64,000 bases of DNA from Eledone cirrhosa (Eukaryota), in contig OZ024758.1 in the NCBI GenBank assembly GCA_964016885.1, forward strand, positions 4,030,001-4,094,000. Direction: 5' to 3'. The position numbers were made by a program, and so were the translations under genes. Below, piece after piece: positions 1 through 15,766 of this stretch. The notes beneath the pieces were generated by a model. It ran no database searches and was not told the DNA's origin. It saw only the letters and a program-made list of their open reading frames with translations. Position 1 is the first letter of the stretch; the number at the start of each line of letters is the position of its first letter.

Positions 1-353
1 ACTTCAATTTATTATAAATTAAATTTATAAATTTAGGAATTTATAAATTTAATTTATAATAAATTGAAGTGAAAGGAACTGGTGCGTGTGTTTCTTATTG
101 GAAACATGACCCTCCCAAAGCATAACAATATATATATATACACATATATATATATATATATAACTGTAAAAGTCTCGTTTGTTATTGAACTCTGCCAGGA
201 GTTGTGACATGTAGATAGTATCAGCAATGGAAAGACCAATCGAAACATTGTTTCCTTTGTCCAATTTGACGAGTTTCACCCTACTTGGTAAGCAAATGAG
301 CTCTGAGATCTTGTCGATCGAAAGGTTATCTAGCTATTAATCTATTAATGACC

Positions 354-391
<38 letters not shown>

Positions 392-1747
392 CAAACATAT
401 ATATACACACATACACATATATCTATATATACAAACATATATATATATATATTATATACATATATATATAAACAAACATATATATATATATATAAACAAA
501 CATATATATATATATATAAACAAACATATATATATTATATACACAAACATATATATATATATATACAAACAAACATATATATATATATATAAACAAACAT
601 ATACATATGTATGTGTTTCTACATGTTCAATAGCCATTAGGGTGCATTATATTCTCTCCTGGCGTTTCTCCCTAGACAATATGCATTCCCTCTTTACTTA
701 ATCATTTATTTCTCTCTTAAATTAATGAGTTTACACCTAACTTTCACTAGAAATGCTATCAACATCCCCGACTCTTTCGCCCTAATCTGTTTCAATCTCT
801 CCCACATATTTTACATTATTTTTTCTCTATATTTTTCTCTCTTCTTCCTATAGTAGAAACAGTGATTTTCCATCTCTTTGTCTTTAACACTTTATTCACT
901 TCCGTTTTCTCTATTTATATTAGAATTTCGTTATATTCTGACTACATTAATCCATTATCAGTTATATATGTCCCCTCTAGCTATCTCTTTCGGTATATCT
1001 CCCTTCTATTATCTAGATTTGTATCTCTCTTGTTTATACCATCTTCCACAATTCTCGAGACCTTCTTAGAAAACATTTCGCCGCAAACACCTACATGCTC
1101 AGAAATATACTACATATTGGTTCTTTTATATCCTTACTAGGCACAAAAGGAAAACTACTAATATGTAGGTCAAAATCTTAGACAAGTTGTTTCCAATCTA
1201 CAGGCCAGAATACACATTCTACAAACGCATACTTGGTACGTTCTTTCTTTTATGGTAATCGTCTTTTCAAAATATCGAATCTGCCACCGTTATAACCTAT
1301 GTTCCATTTTATTGAATTCTACAAAGATACTTCTTCAATTTCATACCACCTTCTTCCCTTTCTTTGTTTTGCCTGTCTCTTCAGTTCCATCGAAATCCTC
1401 TCAGAATTTCTATGTCATTATAAAAATGTCTTGCAATAAAAGTCTTTAACAAATAGCTCAAATCTACAATGACACTAAATCAATACCAATAACAGACTCT
1501 TTCACCTCAATATACGAACACACATCGATACATAAATATATACTAGCGAGTAAACATGTACATATACACACACGTAAACTCATATATGCAAGCGTTAAAT
1601 TAAATACGCATATATATATATGTATATATATATTCACGCACAGTGTCTCTCCCACGTACTCACTTACTCACACAAACATATAGCAATACATAAATATATA
1701 CAGGCTGGTAAATATACACATATACACAACCATATGCACACTTACAT

Positions 1748-1778
<31 letters not shown>

Positions 1779-1929
1779 CACACACATGTATATATATATA
1801 TATATATACACACACACAGTTTCTGCTCCGTACACACTAACTGACACAAACATACATATACATAAATATATACAAGCTCATAAACATACACACATATATT
1901 CTCTCATACGTACAGACTAACACACATAC

Positions 1930-1995
<66 letters not shown>

Positions 1996-2476
1996 TTAAG
2001 TGCGCATATGGTTGTGTATATGTGTATATTTACCAGCCTGTATATATTTATGTATTGCTATATGTTTGTGTGAGTAAGTGAGTACACACATACATATGTG
2101 TAAGTGGCACACACTTATTTACAATCAATTTTTGGGTGATTCAATTGGTGTATGTGTGTGTGAGAATGCGTATCTTTGTATGAGCACATCTGAATTTCTA
2201 TGTTTTCCTCCTTGCAGAGGTATAGACATACCAAAGCAGTCACTTGCTCTCGGCTTGAATCGATGTATGTGTGTGTGTATGTGTGTGTGTGCGTGCGTGC
2301 GAGGGTGTGTGCGTGTATGTTTATGTGTGTGTTTATGTATATGAATATGCGAATATGTGTGCAAATTATCAGAAATAATCAAAAACATATACGCTTCTAT
2401 GTTCAATGGTATAATTATAGTTATTCATGGTTAATAGACACATATGATATGAATACACACACACACACACACACAT

Positions 2477-2536
<60 letters not shown>

Positions 2537-2593
2537 ACATACACATACAGGTACACTTATATATATATATATAAACATACACATACAGGTACA

Positions 2594-2637
<44 letters not shown>

Positions 2638-2755
2638 ACTGGAGTGGCCATTGGCTCTGTAAGACGTAAAATATCCCCAAATGCCGTATGTCAATACACC
2701 GCCCTAACGACTCCTCGAGGAATTACGGGTCCATATATATATATATATATATATA

Positions 2756-2858
2756 ACTGGCTTCTACAGCACTAGCTCTGTTTCATTCGAAGGAAATCAT
2801 TAGGGTCATTCCTGGTGATTTCCTTCGAATGAAAAAGTTCTAGTCCTGTAGAAGCCAT
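2756..2858. mobile_element. Fold-back insertion of two degenerate HHR copies (same family as 16305)
   Basis: tggcttctacag...tcattag (core CUAAUGA on minus) / ctggtga...tagtcctgtagaagcca (plus); abuts (TA)n. Confidence 0.7.
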
Positions 2859-3584
2859 TTCTATATTAAATATTTAAACCCTGCTATGTATTGAGTACCT
2901 TACTTACTGTCGTTACCCCCCATTGAATACAGGATACACACTCACACACGCACTAAAGAAGTTCTTTTCTTATTGTGTCATACCTCTGAGATTAGAAATG
3001 TTTTTGAGGTCACCCTAAATGTAGTTCCTTGTTTAGATACACTACTCTAGTTAATATCCCTGTCATCCTAGCAAAATAGGGACAGAATTGCTCTCTATAT
3101 ATTATATGTTAGATTTTGGCAATACATTTGGTCATAGAATTTCACCATGCGAGTGGCATTGTTTGTTTTTTTTGTTGTTGTTTTTTTCTTTCTGTTTTTT
3201 TTTTTTTTTTTGTTTGTTTGTTTTTTCTTGTTAACATCATTTCTTCTGCAAACACCAACCGACTGAACTCTGCTAATACAGGTCAATAAGAAATCACCCT
3301 CGGAAAAATCAATTATTCTTTTCTCTATCCAAATCTTTAAATAAATTTTCTACGTCGATTTTCCTATATTAAACATTTTCAATCACTAGTAATATAATTG
3401 AGACTGTATGTTTTTTTTTTTTTGGTGCAATGGAGGGATAGTATTACTTCTGGATTTCTTCTACTTAAACTGCAACCTTAATCATGACAATACATTACTG
3501 CAAGGGAAACCCAATACTAACCTAAGTAACACTAGTCTAGTGTGTTATGGTCCACCTGGTTCCTTACCACACTTTCTTTGTGTA

Positions 3585-3653
<69 letters not shown>

Positions 3654-5436
3654 GTGTGTGTGTGTGTCTGTGTGTGTGTGCGCGTATGTTTTTGTATATA
3701 TATATATTTATTCATATATACATATATTCATATATACATATAATGTACTTGTGTATGTCTCCATAATTTGTGGTTACTGTGTCTGAATGTACTTTTGTCA
3801 CATAGACGAACCCATATACAAAACACCATGTATACAGCCAGTGATACATTAACATGAATACATGTACTGTAGGTCTATAGACATGTGACTGCATCTGAGT
3901 GCTTGTGATTAATCATCTCATGTCAACGAAATACGTTTCTGCCGATCTTATCTAAATGATGTATAAAAGTACAGACATGCTTCTATCTAGATATAGGTTT
4001 ATGTGCAACACGTCTGCTTCCACATAGATCTACTGTGTTTAGTCATATTATATATTCATATGTATCTCCATTATGTTCCTATACGATATGCATATACACA
4101 TGCATACATACATGCTCACAGGCAGGTATTTATATTATATATATATATATATATACATGTGTGTGTATATTTATATGTATATATATATATATATGAGAGA
4201 AAGAGACAGAGAGAGAGAGAGAGCCCTCTTCGGACTTTAGACTTCACATATTACTAATATATAAATATATATATATATGAAAATATGGGTGAGAAGAATA
4301 CTGCTGGTTGCACATGGATAACATGTTATAAAATGAGTCCCTCATCAGTGATTTACCAAACGATCATGGGTATTTCATCGCATTAAAAATCATATACCTC
4401 GCGTTGGAGCGATAATAACTAAAATAAGTTATTAGGACAATAGAAACGCGTAAAGCGAGTGAGACAAGTAAACAACACAGGGGGAAGCTAACCGAAGATG
4501 GAAATAAACACAAGCAACATAGTTATTCTTTCAGCATAAGCTGTGTGAATATATGAGCGAGTCAGAAAATAGACCTTTCGCTAGTGAATCCGGTGTTAGA
4601 AAGAATGAATATATATATATATAGAGAGAGATATAAAGGATGTGCAAAGTGTATACACACTTTGATTACCTGTACAGGCAATTTTTATAAGATTGCGTTG
4701 AGGTGTGTATTTACTAGGACACCATATATATGTATATATACACACATACACACATATGCATAGATGCACATATATATTATTAACAAGTAAATGATTACGA
4801 GGATTAGATTGATATATCTATTAATTTGTACTCGTCGTCTCGTACGTATTTCTGTGTTTGCTGTGGCTTCATCATACAGTCATAGGAAGAGAAATAGGCT
4901 ACTGTCGTTATCTTCATTTCAGTGTTCGGGCTTAACTGAAGTAACGTTACTCGAGAGGGATCTTAGATTGGAGATCATGTCACCTTAGTTAGAGCCTTAC
5001 TCCTCCAAATCGACTGATCTCATATCAGGAACTACGGATATAAGGTTAAAACATCAGAACAGCAACGCCAACAACAAGAATTAATAGCTCGAGAACTACA
5101 AAATGAGAACTAGATATATTAGGTGAAAATGCGAATCAAGTACTATGGTACTATTGGTGTTAATGAGGTCAATTGGGTAAACTTGACGGCTGTTAAAACG
5201 CTAGCAATCATTGTGAGTTCAAGAAATTCGAATCTTATATTACCGAATCTATTATGATATTAGAGATTGAGCTAATATTTGCTGCTCACCTCAAAATTAT
5301 AATTATTTAATGAATGAGTTATACTGCTTCTTCTCTACGATATCTATAAATGATGTAATTAACGAGATATCATTTAGCGAGTGGGAAGTTATTTACCTAT
5401 TTGATAGTTTGTAAGCAATGTATTCCCTATATATGT

Positions 5437-5468
<32 letters not shown>

Positions 5469-5497
5469 CATACATACATATTTATCTTATCTCTCTT

Positions 5498-5549
<52 letters not shown>

Positions 5550-5930
5550 TTTCACCTCGTGTTACTTGACTATACTTTCTGGGGCTTCAATCCTGCTTCT
5601 CTGGAATTCTGTTAATTTGATATAATCTAACACAGACTTGATGGCTGCGTTGAATCCTACAAACTAGTTACCTGATGCCGTTAACAGTTCTATGGTGACA
5701 ACCTAACCCTTTTGCTAACAATGTCTCTCTTGTTAATACATATATGAGACATCCTATCAGTTCCGTAAGCTAATAATTACTATATCGTATTTCGCAATTA
5801 GTTTTTATTCTTATTAGCAAGTCGTGTTGAGAACAGCCGTAATTATCGTAGAGGCTCTCTTTAACCTATTCACTTTAATATAATTACTAACGAGATTGCA
5901 TATCCAGCTATACTCCTTCCGCCAATTTTG

Positions 5931-6056
5931 TGGTACGGTCCCTACTTAAAAACGTTCCAAGATGTCGTTCTTTAGTTGATTTGTTCGTAAGTTGATCGTC
6001 TTACACAGTACGTACCAGTTAGGTTGCATTGATATAGCAGGTTTCCATATGAGTTT

Positions 6057-6115
<59 letters not shown>

Positions 6116-6600
6116 GTATATATTAACAAAAGAGTTATATATATATATGTATATATTAACAAAAGAGTTATATATTTATATATATATATATATATATAGA
6201 ATATAGAGGTATGTATAACCTGTAATATAGATACAGTATTTTGAGTTATATATAAAATGGAATATAGAGGTATATATACAGCATATTGAGTTCTACATAA
6301 CATGTAACAATGAATTTTAATGCTGCAAATCTAATGCAATAAATTGTTAAGAAAATAATTACTTTCTCATTTCTGTGAAAGCAGAATGGAATCCCACACC
6401 GTATATACGTTTTCGGTTTGTTTATATACTGAAAAAGAAGGAATCCTTTTTTAAGGTGCAAACGAAGGAACCCAGGGCCTGAAATAGCCCTTAAAAAAAC
6501 GCCAACCTCAAACTCAGACTATTTTGTTTTCTACGTGAGATTGTTCGTAATTGCAGAAGTTCGTTCGTAAGTAGAATGTTCGTATGGTCGGAACTTACTG
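5931..6600. mobile_element. Tigger/pogo-like MITE (diverged)
   Basis: Right end gttcgtatggtcggaacttactg|TA, repeated subterminal gttcgtaag motifs near both ends, degenerate left TIR. Confidence 0.5.
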
Positions 6601-6637
6601 TATATGTTTTAAGATATATCTTACGTCAGAAAATAAT

Positions 6638-6978
6638 TGTTTCTATTTTTGGCACAAGGCCAGCAATTACGCCAGTGCATAACTGGTCCTTTATTTTATC
6701 GACTGGCAAAGTTAAAATCAGGGGGATTTGAACTCTGAACACAAAGGGCCATAACTCTATGCTGCAAACATGGTGTCTGATACTCTACTGATACTGCCAA
6801 TTTTCCTCCTACGTTTTGGCATAAGGCCAGCAATTACTGGTACTTTATTTTACCGACCCCGTAAGGATGAAAGGCAAAGTTAACCTCGGCGGGATTTGAA
6901 CTCAGATCGTAAAGGACATAACTCTTTGCGTCAAAATGCATGGCGTCCGACCCTCTACTGATACTGCCAATCCACCGC
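6638..6978 (-). mobile_element. Two tandem tRNA-derived SINEs
   Basis: Minus strand A box tggcagtatcagt, B box gagttcaaatcc, central gcctttcatccttacggggtcggtaaaataaagtaccagt (Meta/MESC-like domain; name needs a library check). Confidence 0.85.
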
Positions 6979-7641
6979 ACGAATGTTTTTCTATGTTCTC
7001 TGACAGGTGAAGATATAGGCATATCAAAGAAAAAAAAAATAACATATATATTTATCATATATCTGAAAGTTTATATAATAGAGACCACCTTGTATAATAT
7101 TCCACGTATTTAGAGATATGCTTGTTTAGAACAATGGCGGAATCTGATTCAAGAAACCTTTCATTATCTGTCATTCCGAAAATGTTATCCAATCCTTTTA
7201 ATTATATATAACATTATTTTCTGTAAATACACTATTGTGTTGGCGTCGGTATTGTATGTGACGAAAGAGAGAGTTGAGATCTGGTTGATGTTTCTAAGAA
7301 GTGGAGTAAAAGTTTATTCACGTATATCATCGTTGTAATTCACATATATATTAATATATATCGGGAAGACTAGTATTTTATCACCCAAATGCAGAAGATA
7401 ACAACATTGAAAGTAAACAACATATCTTTTATTTCAGTCAACATTTTCCTATTAATCATGCTTCTATGTCATTTCAGTTGAGTGTCTATTGATAAAAGTA
7501 TGTGTGTTTAGATAGGAGTCATCTACACAATATATATCTATGCAGAATATTAGGGGAAATTGATATAACTTAGAATTATGAACCCCTCCTACTACACAAT
7601 CACTTATACATACAAATATGTTGCTTGAGATATACCAAGCC

Positions 7642-7696
<55 letters not shown>

Positions 7697-8363
7697 GTGA
7701 AGAATAACGAGGTCAGCTGTACAATAGGGTTTATTTAAAGTATAGTATTAACAATTGTTTCATTAGTCTGGTGTGTCTAAAAATCGCTCATCGTTAGAAG
7801 TCACCCCACACGATTTTAATTACAATCTACTATATATATATATATATATATATACACTCACACACACATGTAGTACAATACAGTGGATGTGAAAAAGGAC
7901 AAAAGGAAAACACTGCTTAATCAGGTATGAGAGCTGAAGTATTAAATTTCATGCATGTAATAGCATACACACACACCCATACACACGCACATACACACAC
8001 ACACAGACACAGACCCCCCCCCCCCCCACACACACACACATGCATACATATACATATTTTCGAATTGAATGTATCTGTTATCGAGGGTAAATATGAAACG
8101 TGCGTTTATACATAATTAAACAGTCCTACTCCCTATTTTCATTAGACTCTCTAGTAAACCTGCAATCCAAAAGCCCAGTTACTACATAATACCACACCTA
8201 CTAGAACATGTAATCAACTCGCCCTAAAAATTATAGGAAACAATCCTAATTTAATTCAATACAGCTGAAATAATACGGAAAAGTCATGGTTAAAGCACAC
8301 TTGATCAGTGTATCAGAAGTTTGTTGAACTGAGACTGATATAGGACTAAGACATAATAATACT

Positions 8364-8575
8364 GGTTTCTTCTTTAGGCAAAATGCCAACAATTTTTGGG
8401 GAAAGGGAAAGGCGATGTAATGGACACCAGTGCATTACTGGTACTTAATTTCATCGAGCCAGTACCGAGGAAAGGGAAAGCTAACACCGGGTGGATTTGA
8501 AATCAGAACGTAAATGACGGTAAATCTTTCTTACTAAGCATGTTGTCCGACGCTCTAAAAATGTTGCAATTCCAC
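8364..8575 (-). mobile_element. tRNA-derived SINE, same family, diverged
   Basis: ccagtgcattactggtacttaatttcatcga...ggatttgaaatcagaacgtaaa. Confidence 0.7.
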
Positions 8576-8929
8576 AACCACAATAATCTGTATTTTTAAA
8601 GGTTTATATTCCAACAATATTACTTTTTTTTGCTGTACGCATTTTTCTATCTGGTAATAGATATTATAGATAGAAGTCATGTAATATTGTAAGTAACATC
8701 GATCTGAAGCAACAGCAATTGCTATAAACAGACATGATGCAAGTGTAATAGATACTCGTATATTTTGTAATGGAATCAATGTCTGAAAGAACATTTTTTT
8801 TTCTGGTATTGTATGTAAAATGAGAATCGTTTTGAAGGGTAACTTGATTAATATATTTTTTGTGAATGACTAATCTGCTAGATATCATAGTATCATTGCA
8901 TTGAATTTGCTTCTTCCCGGGAAACTATC

Positions 8930-9610
<681 letters not shown>

Positions 9611-9813
9611 AGTAGTTACCAATGATGTTGATCTTTTCTTCTTTTCGGGCTATAGCTACTGTCGCTCAGAGATTGGGATTGGCTCAGTACACAATCTTTC
9701 CTCACTTGAAAAAAAATCTTCATGCACAGGCATTGCACGATAGAATTAGTTAATAATTATTAATAACGTTATATCGTTCAATGGCCATACTCGATACCAA
9801 GTGGCCGCCATCA
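9611..9813 (+). mobile_element. Shorter relative of the 47534 element
   Basis: Shares ccaatgatgttga..ttcttctttt, ctcact..cttca..gcacaggcattgc and the 3' end tggcc.tactcga..a.tggc.gcca; lacks the zinc-finger part. Confidence 0.6.
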
Positions 9814-10429
9814 TGTATGTATGCATGCATGCCTGGTATCTCTTTTACCTGTTTCAGCCATCCGGCTGAGGCCATGCTGGGGCACCGCCCTGGTATATAT
9901 ATTTTATGTATGTATGTATGAGTGAATGTTCAAAGGGATGCTAACCACGAAATCCAAATAACTATATATATTATTTTATATATCCATATATATCTGTAAT
10001 TTGATGAAATGTCCAATTGCCTATATTTGTAAGTATATGCGAATAATATCGGCAACTCGCTCCAACATATCTTTAGTACAAAATTCTAAATGACGAATGA
10101 AATACGCAACTCATATTATTTATCAATAAATGTAGACGTTGCATATATATATTATCAATTTATCGATCTTGAGTTAGCTTGTCTGTGACATGTCAGATTG
10201 TCAAGACGATATTTTTTTTTTAAATAAAAACAAAACACTTTTATTCAATTTCGGGCTCAAGAAACTTTCTAGATACGGTGAGATATATCGAGTAGAAAAC
10301 AATCAAATCTCTCTCAAAATATCATGTTTGTTGTTTATGTATATATTTAAGGAAGTATCTCTGTCTAAATCCTAACTGAGAAGACATGTGGCATAAAGAT
10401 TGGAATAAGCTGATCGTTTGGGGCAGGAG

Positions 10430-10883
10430 TTAAAGCCATCACATAGACAAAACATTTACGTAGTATTGAAAATATATTACTCTTAAAGCCAAATCATATA
10501 TGTGCTTTGGTGTCCACCCCCTCCATCAAAATTACGGCCCCTACCAATCACTGGTATAGAGATGACGAGCCTTATCAGGCTACTGCCGTCGTGTTACATA
10601 GATTGTATAAATAAATTGATATTTTGTTGTTGACCTCAAATAATTTACACTTAAATACATTGTGTGAGTTCAACAATAAAATATCAATTTATTTACAGCA
10701 TCTATGTAATGCCTCATAAGGCTCGTCATCTCCATACCAGTGATTGGTGTGGGTTGTAATTTTGGTGGAGGGTGTACCGAAGGATGTATATCATTTGGCT
10801 CATAATTGACCAGTGCGTTTTCGAGGTCAGGAGACAGTCATACGTGTATCATTTGCCTTTGATTGTCTATGTGATGGCTTTAA
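10430..10883. mobile_element. Palindromic MITE with TTAA ends (Kolobok-like)
   Basis: TTAAagccatcacatagacaa ... ttgtctatgtgatggctTTAA; inner imperfect arms ~10485-10640 / 10665-10800. Confidence 0.75.
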
Positions 10884-11068
10884 TTTGATCTGGAAATATA
10901 TATAGACGGTAGTGGCAATCTTTCTTTATATGACTGGCTGCATGAGTTGGAGTGTACAACCTAACGAAACTTAAGTACCTGTATATGTCACTGTTGTAAC
11001 TAATTATAGTTAACTCAACTGGACTGAGTGCTCTTACACTTTGATATTTATACCAAACTTATACAACA

Positions 11069-11126
<58 letters not shown>

Positions 11127-12370
11127 AGATACAAAGCAGGCTTTGTTTGCAAACAGCTAGCGAATTGGAAAATTAGGTAGTAACATGTGCTTACGCCGAG
11201 GGTCTTTTTTAATCCAACTATCAGACTACTTCTATGTAGTCAAATACGGCATAAGCACATATTACTACCTAATATATATATGTAGAGAGAGATATGTGTG
11301 TGTGTATGTGACAGTTTGTACTTGATGCCGAAAGCAATGTTAAAGTGTAAGACGTTCTGGCAGTAATATAATGTCTAGGTTTTTCTGCATGACTAAATAT
11401 GTGATAATGCATCTCTGCACAACTGTGTCAACCGTTGTGATATGGTGAACTGTATCAGCTCAATGGGTTTCCGTGTGAGCTATCAGCTGCTCTAAAGATC
11501 GAACTTGCCGCTATCATTGATTTCATATGTATGCCAATATTCCATCAGTCTAAGCTTATTGATTGAGAAAAATGAAATCAATTAATTCAGCCGTAAAATA
11601 CATCGGTGGGCAGATGTTCGCCGCGTTGCCAAAACAAATACAGTTTTAACATGTTTAAACATAGATTTACTCCACACAAACACATTCTCATTTGCGTCCC
11701 AGACAAACACACACACATATACATACATATACATACATATATATATATAAATATATATATACTTATGTACTCACACAAATAAATATTTATTTGTATATAC
11801 AGCTATACAAATAACACGTGTATGTATACAGTTGTTTGCATATGTGTATATATGAACAAATATATGTTTGCATATAAATAAATATGGCACAGAAGCCAAA
11901 ACGGCTTGGCGTTGTGGTCAGGATTCTAACTCTCTCTCTCTCTTACTCTCTCTCTCTCTCTCTGTCTCCTCTACGTCTCTATCACACTCTCCCTCCTCTC
12001 TCTTTATGTCTCTATCCCCCCTCTCCCTCTGTTGCTTTCTCCCTGAATGTCTATATCTCACCCTCTCTGCCTGTCTCTCTCTCTCTATCTCTCTCTCATA
12101 TATATATATATATATAAAGTCAGTAGACAAAGCCGTTTGCAACATTAAACACTGATGCTCTTCATATTCAGCTTGAGCATATCCCATTTGGTCGATACAA
12201 TATAAAAGAGAATGGATAGTAAATTCCTTCGATTTGCCTTACTCTTAGTACGTTTTCCAGACGGTTAAAGGGGGATAGGTGTATGGGACAAAAGACACGT
12301 GGGCTAAATATTTCTGAGAGAACTGATTATGCAGCAAACTCTGTGTTTTTATGTATTTGTGTATGAACTA

Positions 12371-12411
<41 letters not shown>

Positions 12412-14128
12412 AATGCTTCCTGTGAACTGAGATATATGAGGTTGATTTACTTTCCAGGTTTGATAAAATATTATGACGGCTTTGGATATGCAGAATTAAT
12501 AAAGCCTCGGATAAAATACTATTGCATTTATTTACTGAGATTTCACATTCTGCGTTCAAAACTTCCGATATCATGTTTGAGATTATTTTTTAGTGTTCGA
12601 TAATATATAGAAGCAAGAACCAATCAAGTAGTGGAGTTGGTTTAATCAATTTATCTTTAAAATTGCAGGACTTGGATTAAAACGAGAAATGAATATGCCT
12701 ACAGTCGGGGTTAGAATTCGTCTTATACACAGGTTAGCATAATATATGAGGTACTAACATTTGGTTTGTTGGTTTATACTTATCTTTATCTAACACAAAC
12801 ATTCAGGATATTGTGTTCCTTCTTCTCAAAGAAACGCATATACAAAGACACATGCACTAACACACATGGGCCGTCACACTTCCTTTTCTCTCCTTCGTTG
12901 TAAGTTATCCTACCGATCTATGTCTCTCTCGCTCTCAGTATTTATTTGTTCACGTATCTATCAATATAACTATTTATCTATCTATAATCAAATAATAATA
13001 CTGATGTATCAAACACATGAAACACCATTTCATATAGTCAGATATGTGCCATGGTAGTGAAATGTTGTTAATGTTATAGTTCACAAATGACTGCCAATAC
13101 TTTTCTCCAGTTGGGGAAAATCATGTTCAGTATTTGCTAGATTTTATTCTTTCTCACTTGCATGGTAGATTAAATGCTTAGCATTTTCAGCACTCGTCTT
13201 TTAGCGTATTGTTCCAGTAACAAGAGTACCATGATGATATCGATGATACCTGAGGAAATGTAAGATCTAAGCAATCTATTTAGACCTTTAGGAAATGGTC
13301 TATTTCGTTTCGGTAATTTTTTATTCATCAGAAAACTGTAAGTTATAACCGACGTCGAGTAGATACATGTCATGATCTGACTGTAACTTCAAAATCTGTT
13401 TCTAACCTTGTCATATACGTCGCTAACTAATGTAAAAATTGTGTGAAGATTATATTGTTCACATTTTCCAGTAATGAGTAGGGTTAAACACTAATATTTG
13501 CGGCTAAATATATATGAAAAAATAAGATTGTTAAAATATTTAGCATTTTTTCTTTTTTTTTTTTTTGTCATTTTCAATCAATTAATATGTCTTTTATTTA
13601 AAGTTTTCTGAAAAAATCTTTTCTTCTCTCTATTATTTTTTCTTCTAACGACTATTCCGATTTTTTTTAACAATAAACTAAAGGTGATAAATCGTTTATG
13701 TTGTTGTATGGTGATAAACGAACTCTAGTCTTTGATTTAAGATTAGAAAAAGTCCTCTAAATAATTAATTATAAAATATTAAGCGAGTTTAAATCGTATA
13801 TCATACTGAAAAGATACACTTGTCACAGACCTAGGATTTTCCAAATTGATACACCATTACTATAGTGTACCAGCTAAATTGAATATGCCTGCGATTATTT
13901 AAATTTTGAATATGTGATGTGTTGTTGTTGTCGTTGCTGTTACTATTGTTGTTGCTGTTGAGAGGGACATGGGAGAGAGAGTCCTCAAACAGTCATTAGA
14001 GCGGGTCCTGTCAGAAGCAACTGTCCCTAACAGATCTGGTTGGAACCCTAAAAGATCCTGTTACATTCTCTCTCATACCAACATAACAGAATATAAGATG
14101 ACGACGACAGATATATCAGCAACAATTG

Positions 14129-14192
<64 letters not shown>

Positions 14193-14840
14193 AGGTAATA
14201 ATTATATGTATATGTGTGTATGTAATGATATTATAAAGTTGTATATATAAATATTATACACAATATAGTATATAATAACTCTATAAAGGTGTATAGATAA
14301 ATATTATACACAATATAATATTTAATAACTCTATAAAGCTGTAAATATAAATAAAATACCCAATATAATAAAAGATAGATGTTAACGGCAGCAACAGTTG
14401 ACTGATAAAATGACAAGTCAGTCAATGATATTGGTGGCCTCCCAACAGCCCCGGTGGACCGAATGGAGAAGGCGTTTCCCCGGGGGACGGTAAGGGAGAT
14501 GCGCTAGAAGAGCCATTCCAAGTCGCGAGGCTCACACCTGCAGCTGGCCAGCTCAGGGCCTATGGTGGTGAATTGTCAATAGATACACTGCTATGTAGGA
14601 AATCGATCGTCTTTGCTACGCAAACCTCACTCATAAAAAATATTGTATATATATATATCATATATCATTATATATCTTCATCTAACAGATCCGGATGGAA
14701 CCCCAAGCGTGACCCCTTCATGGATGTTATCCAAAACCCTTGCTAGGGGTCTAACCCTGGGTCGCCGTTCCCTTTTTAATTTAATTTTCTTTCCCTTTCC
14801 TATTTCTTCATGTTTATTATTTACATTCTATATTTTACTG

Positions 14841-14896
<56 letters not shown>

Positions 14897-15059
14897 GTAT
14901 ATGTATATATGTGTGTGTATATATATATGTGTGTGTGTGAGTGTATATATATATATATATATGTGTATGTATATATATATGTGTATGTGTGTATGTATAT
15001 ATATGTGTATATATGTGTATGTGTGTATGTATATATATATATGTGTGTATATATATATG

Positions 15060-15111
<52 letters not shown>

Positions 15112-15635
15112 CTATCAAATATTTATTACCGTAGCAAAATAAAATATTTTTGTATTTTACGTGAAAGATGAAATAGTTATGTCTAGAGCTGATATAATCC
15201 AAACGAAAAAAGCAAGAGATATTCAGAAAAAAAACCTCGCCGTGGTTACCGCACCATGTTTGCAGTCGGATGACTGAAAAATTATATTTATAGAAACATT
15301 AGCACAAATGTTATTTTGATGTATGGAAATCTGTGTTCGTTCATTTCATTCGAAAGACCCGATCGTAAACAATCATTTATTTGCGTGTTGGTGTGTGAGA
15401 CTTTTCAGAAAATAACATTTCGTTGTTTAGTATGTTTGTGAATGCGGTTGTATCTATTTCTGTATATGTGTGTTAGTGTTTGGGTCTGTGTGTTATATAT
15501 GTTTGTTCGTATGTATCTGTGTGTGTATGTATGTGTGTGTGTGTGTTTGAATTAGGTATTACATTCTTGTTTAAGTTTTTGTATGTGAATTCAATGCAGC
15601 GTTTTCTATGCAATGATATGTGGGTATTTATGTTT

Positions 15636-15716
<81 letters not shown>

Positions 15717-15732
15717 TACACACACACACACA

Positions 15733-15766
<34 letters not shown>

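Noticed and set aside
6638-6978. tRNA genes
   Set aside because: A/B boxes belong to SINE heads; the spacing is expanded and no cloverleaf forms
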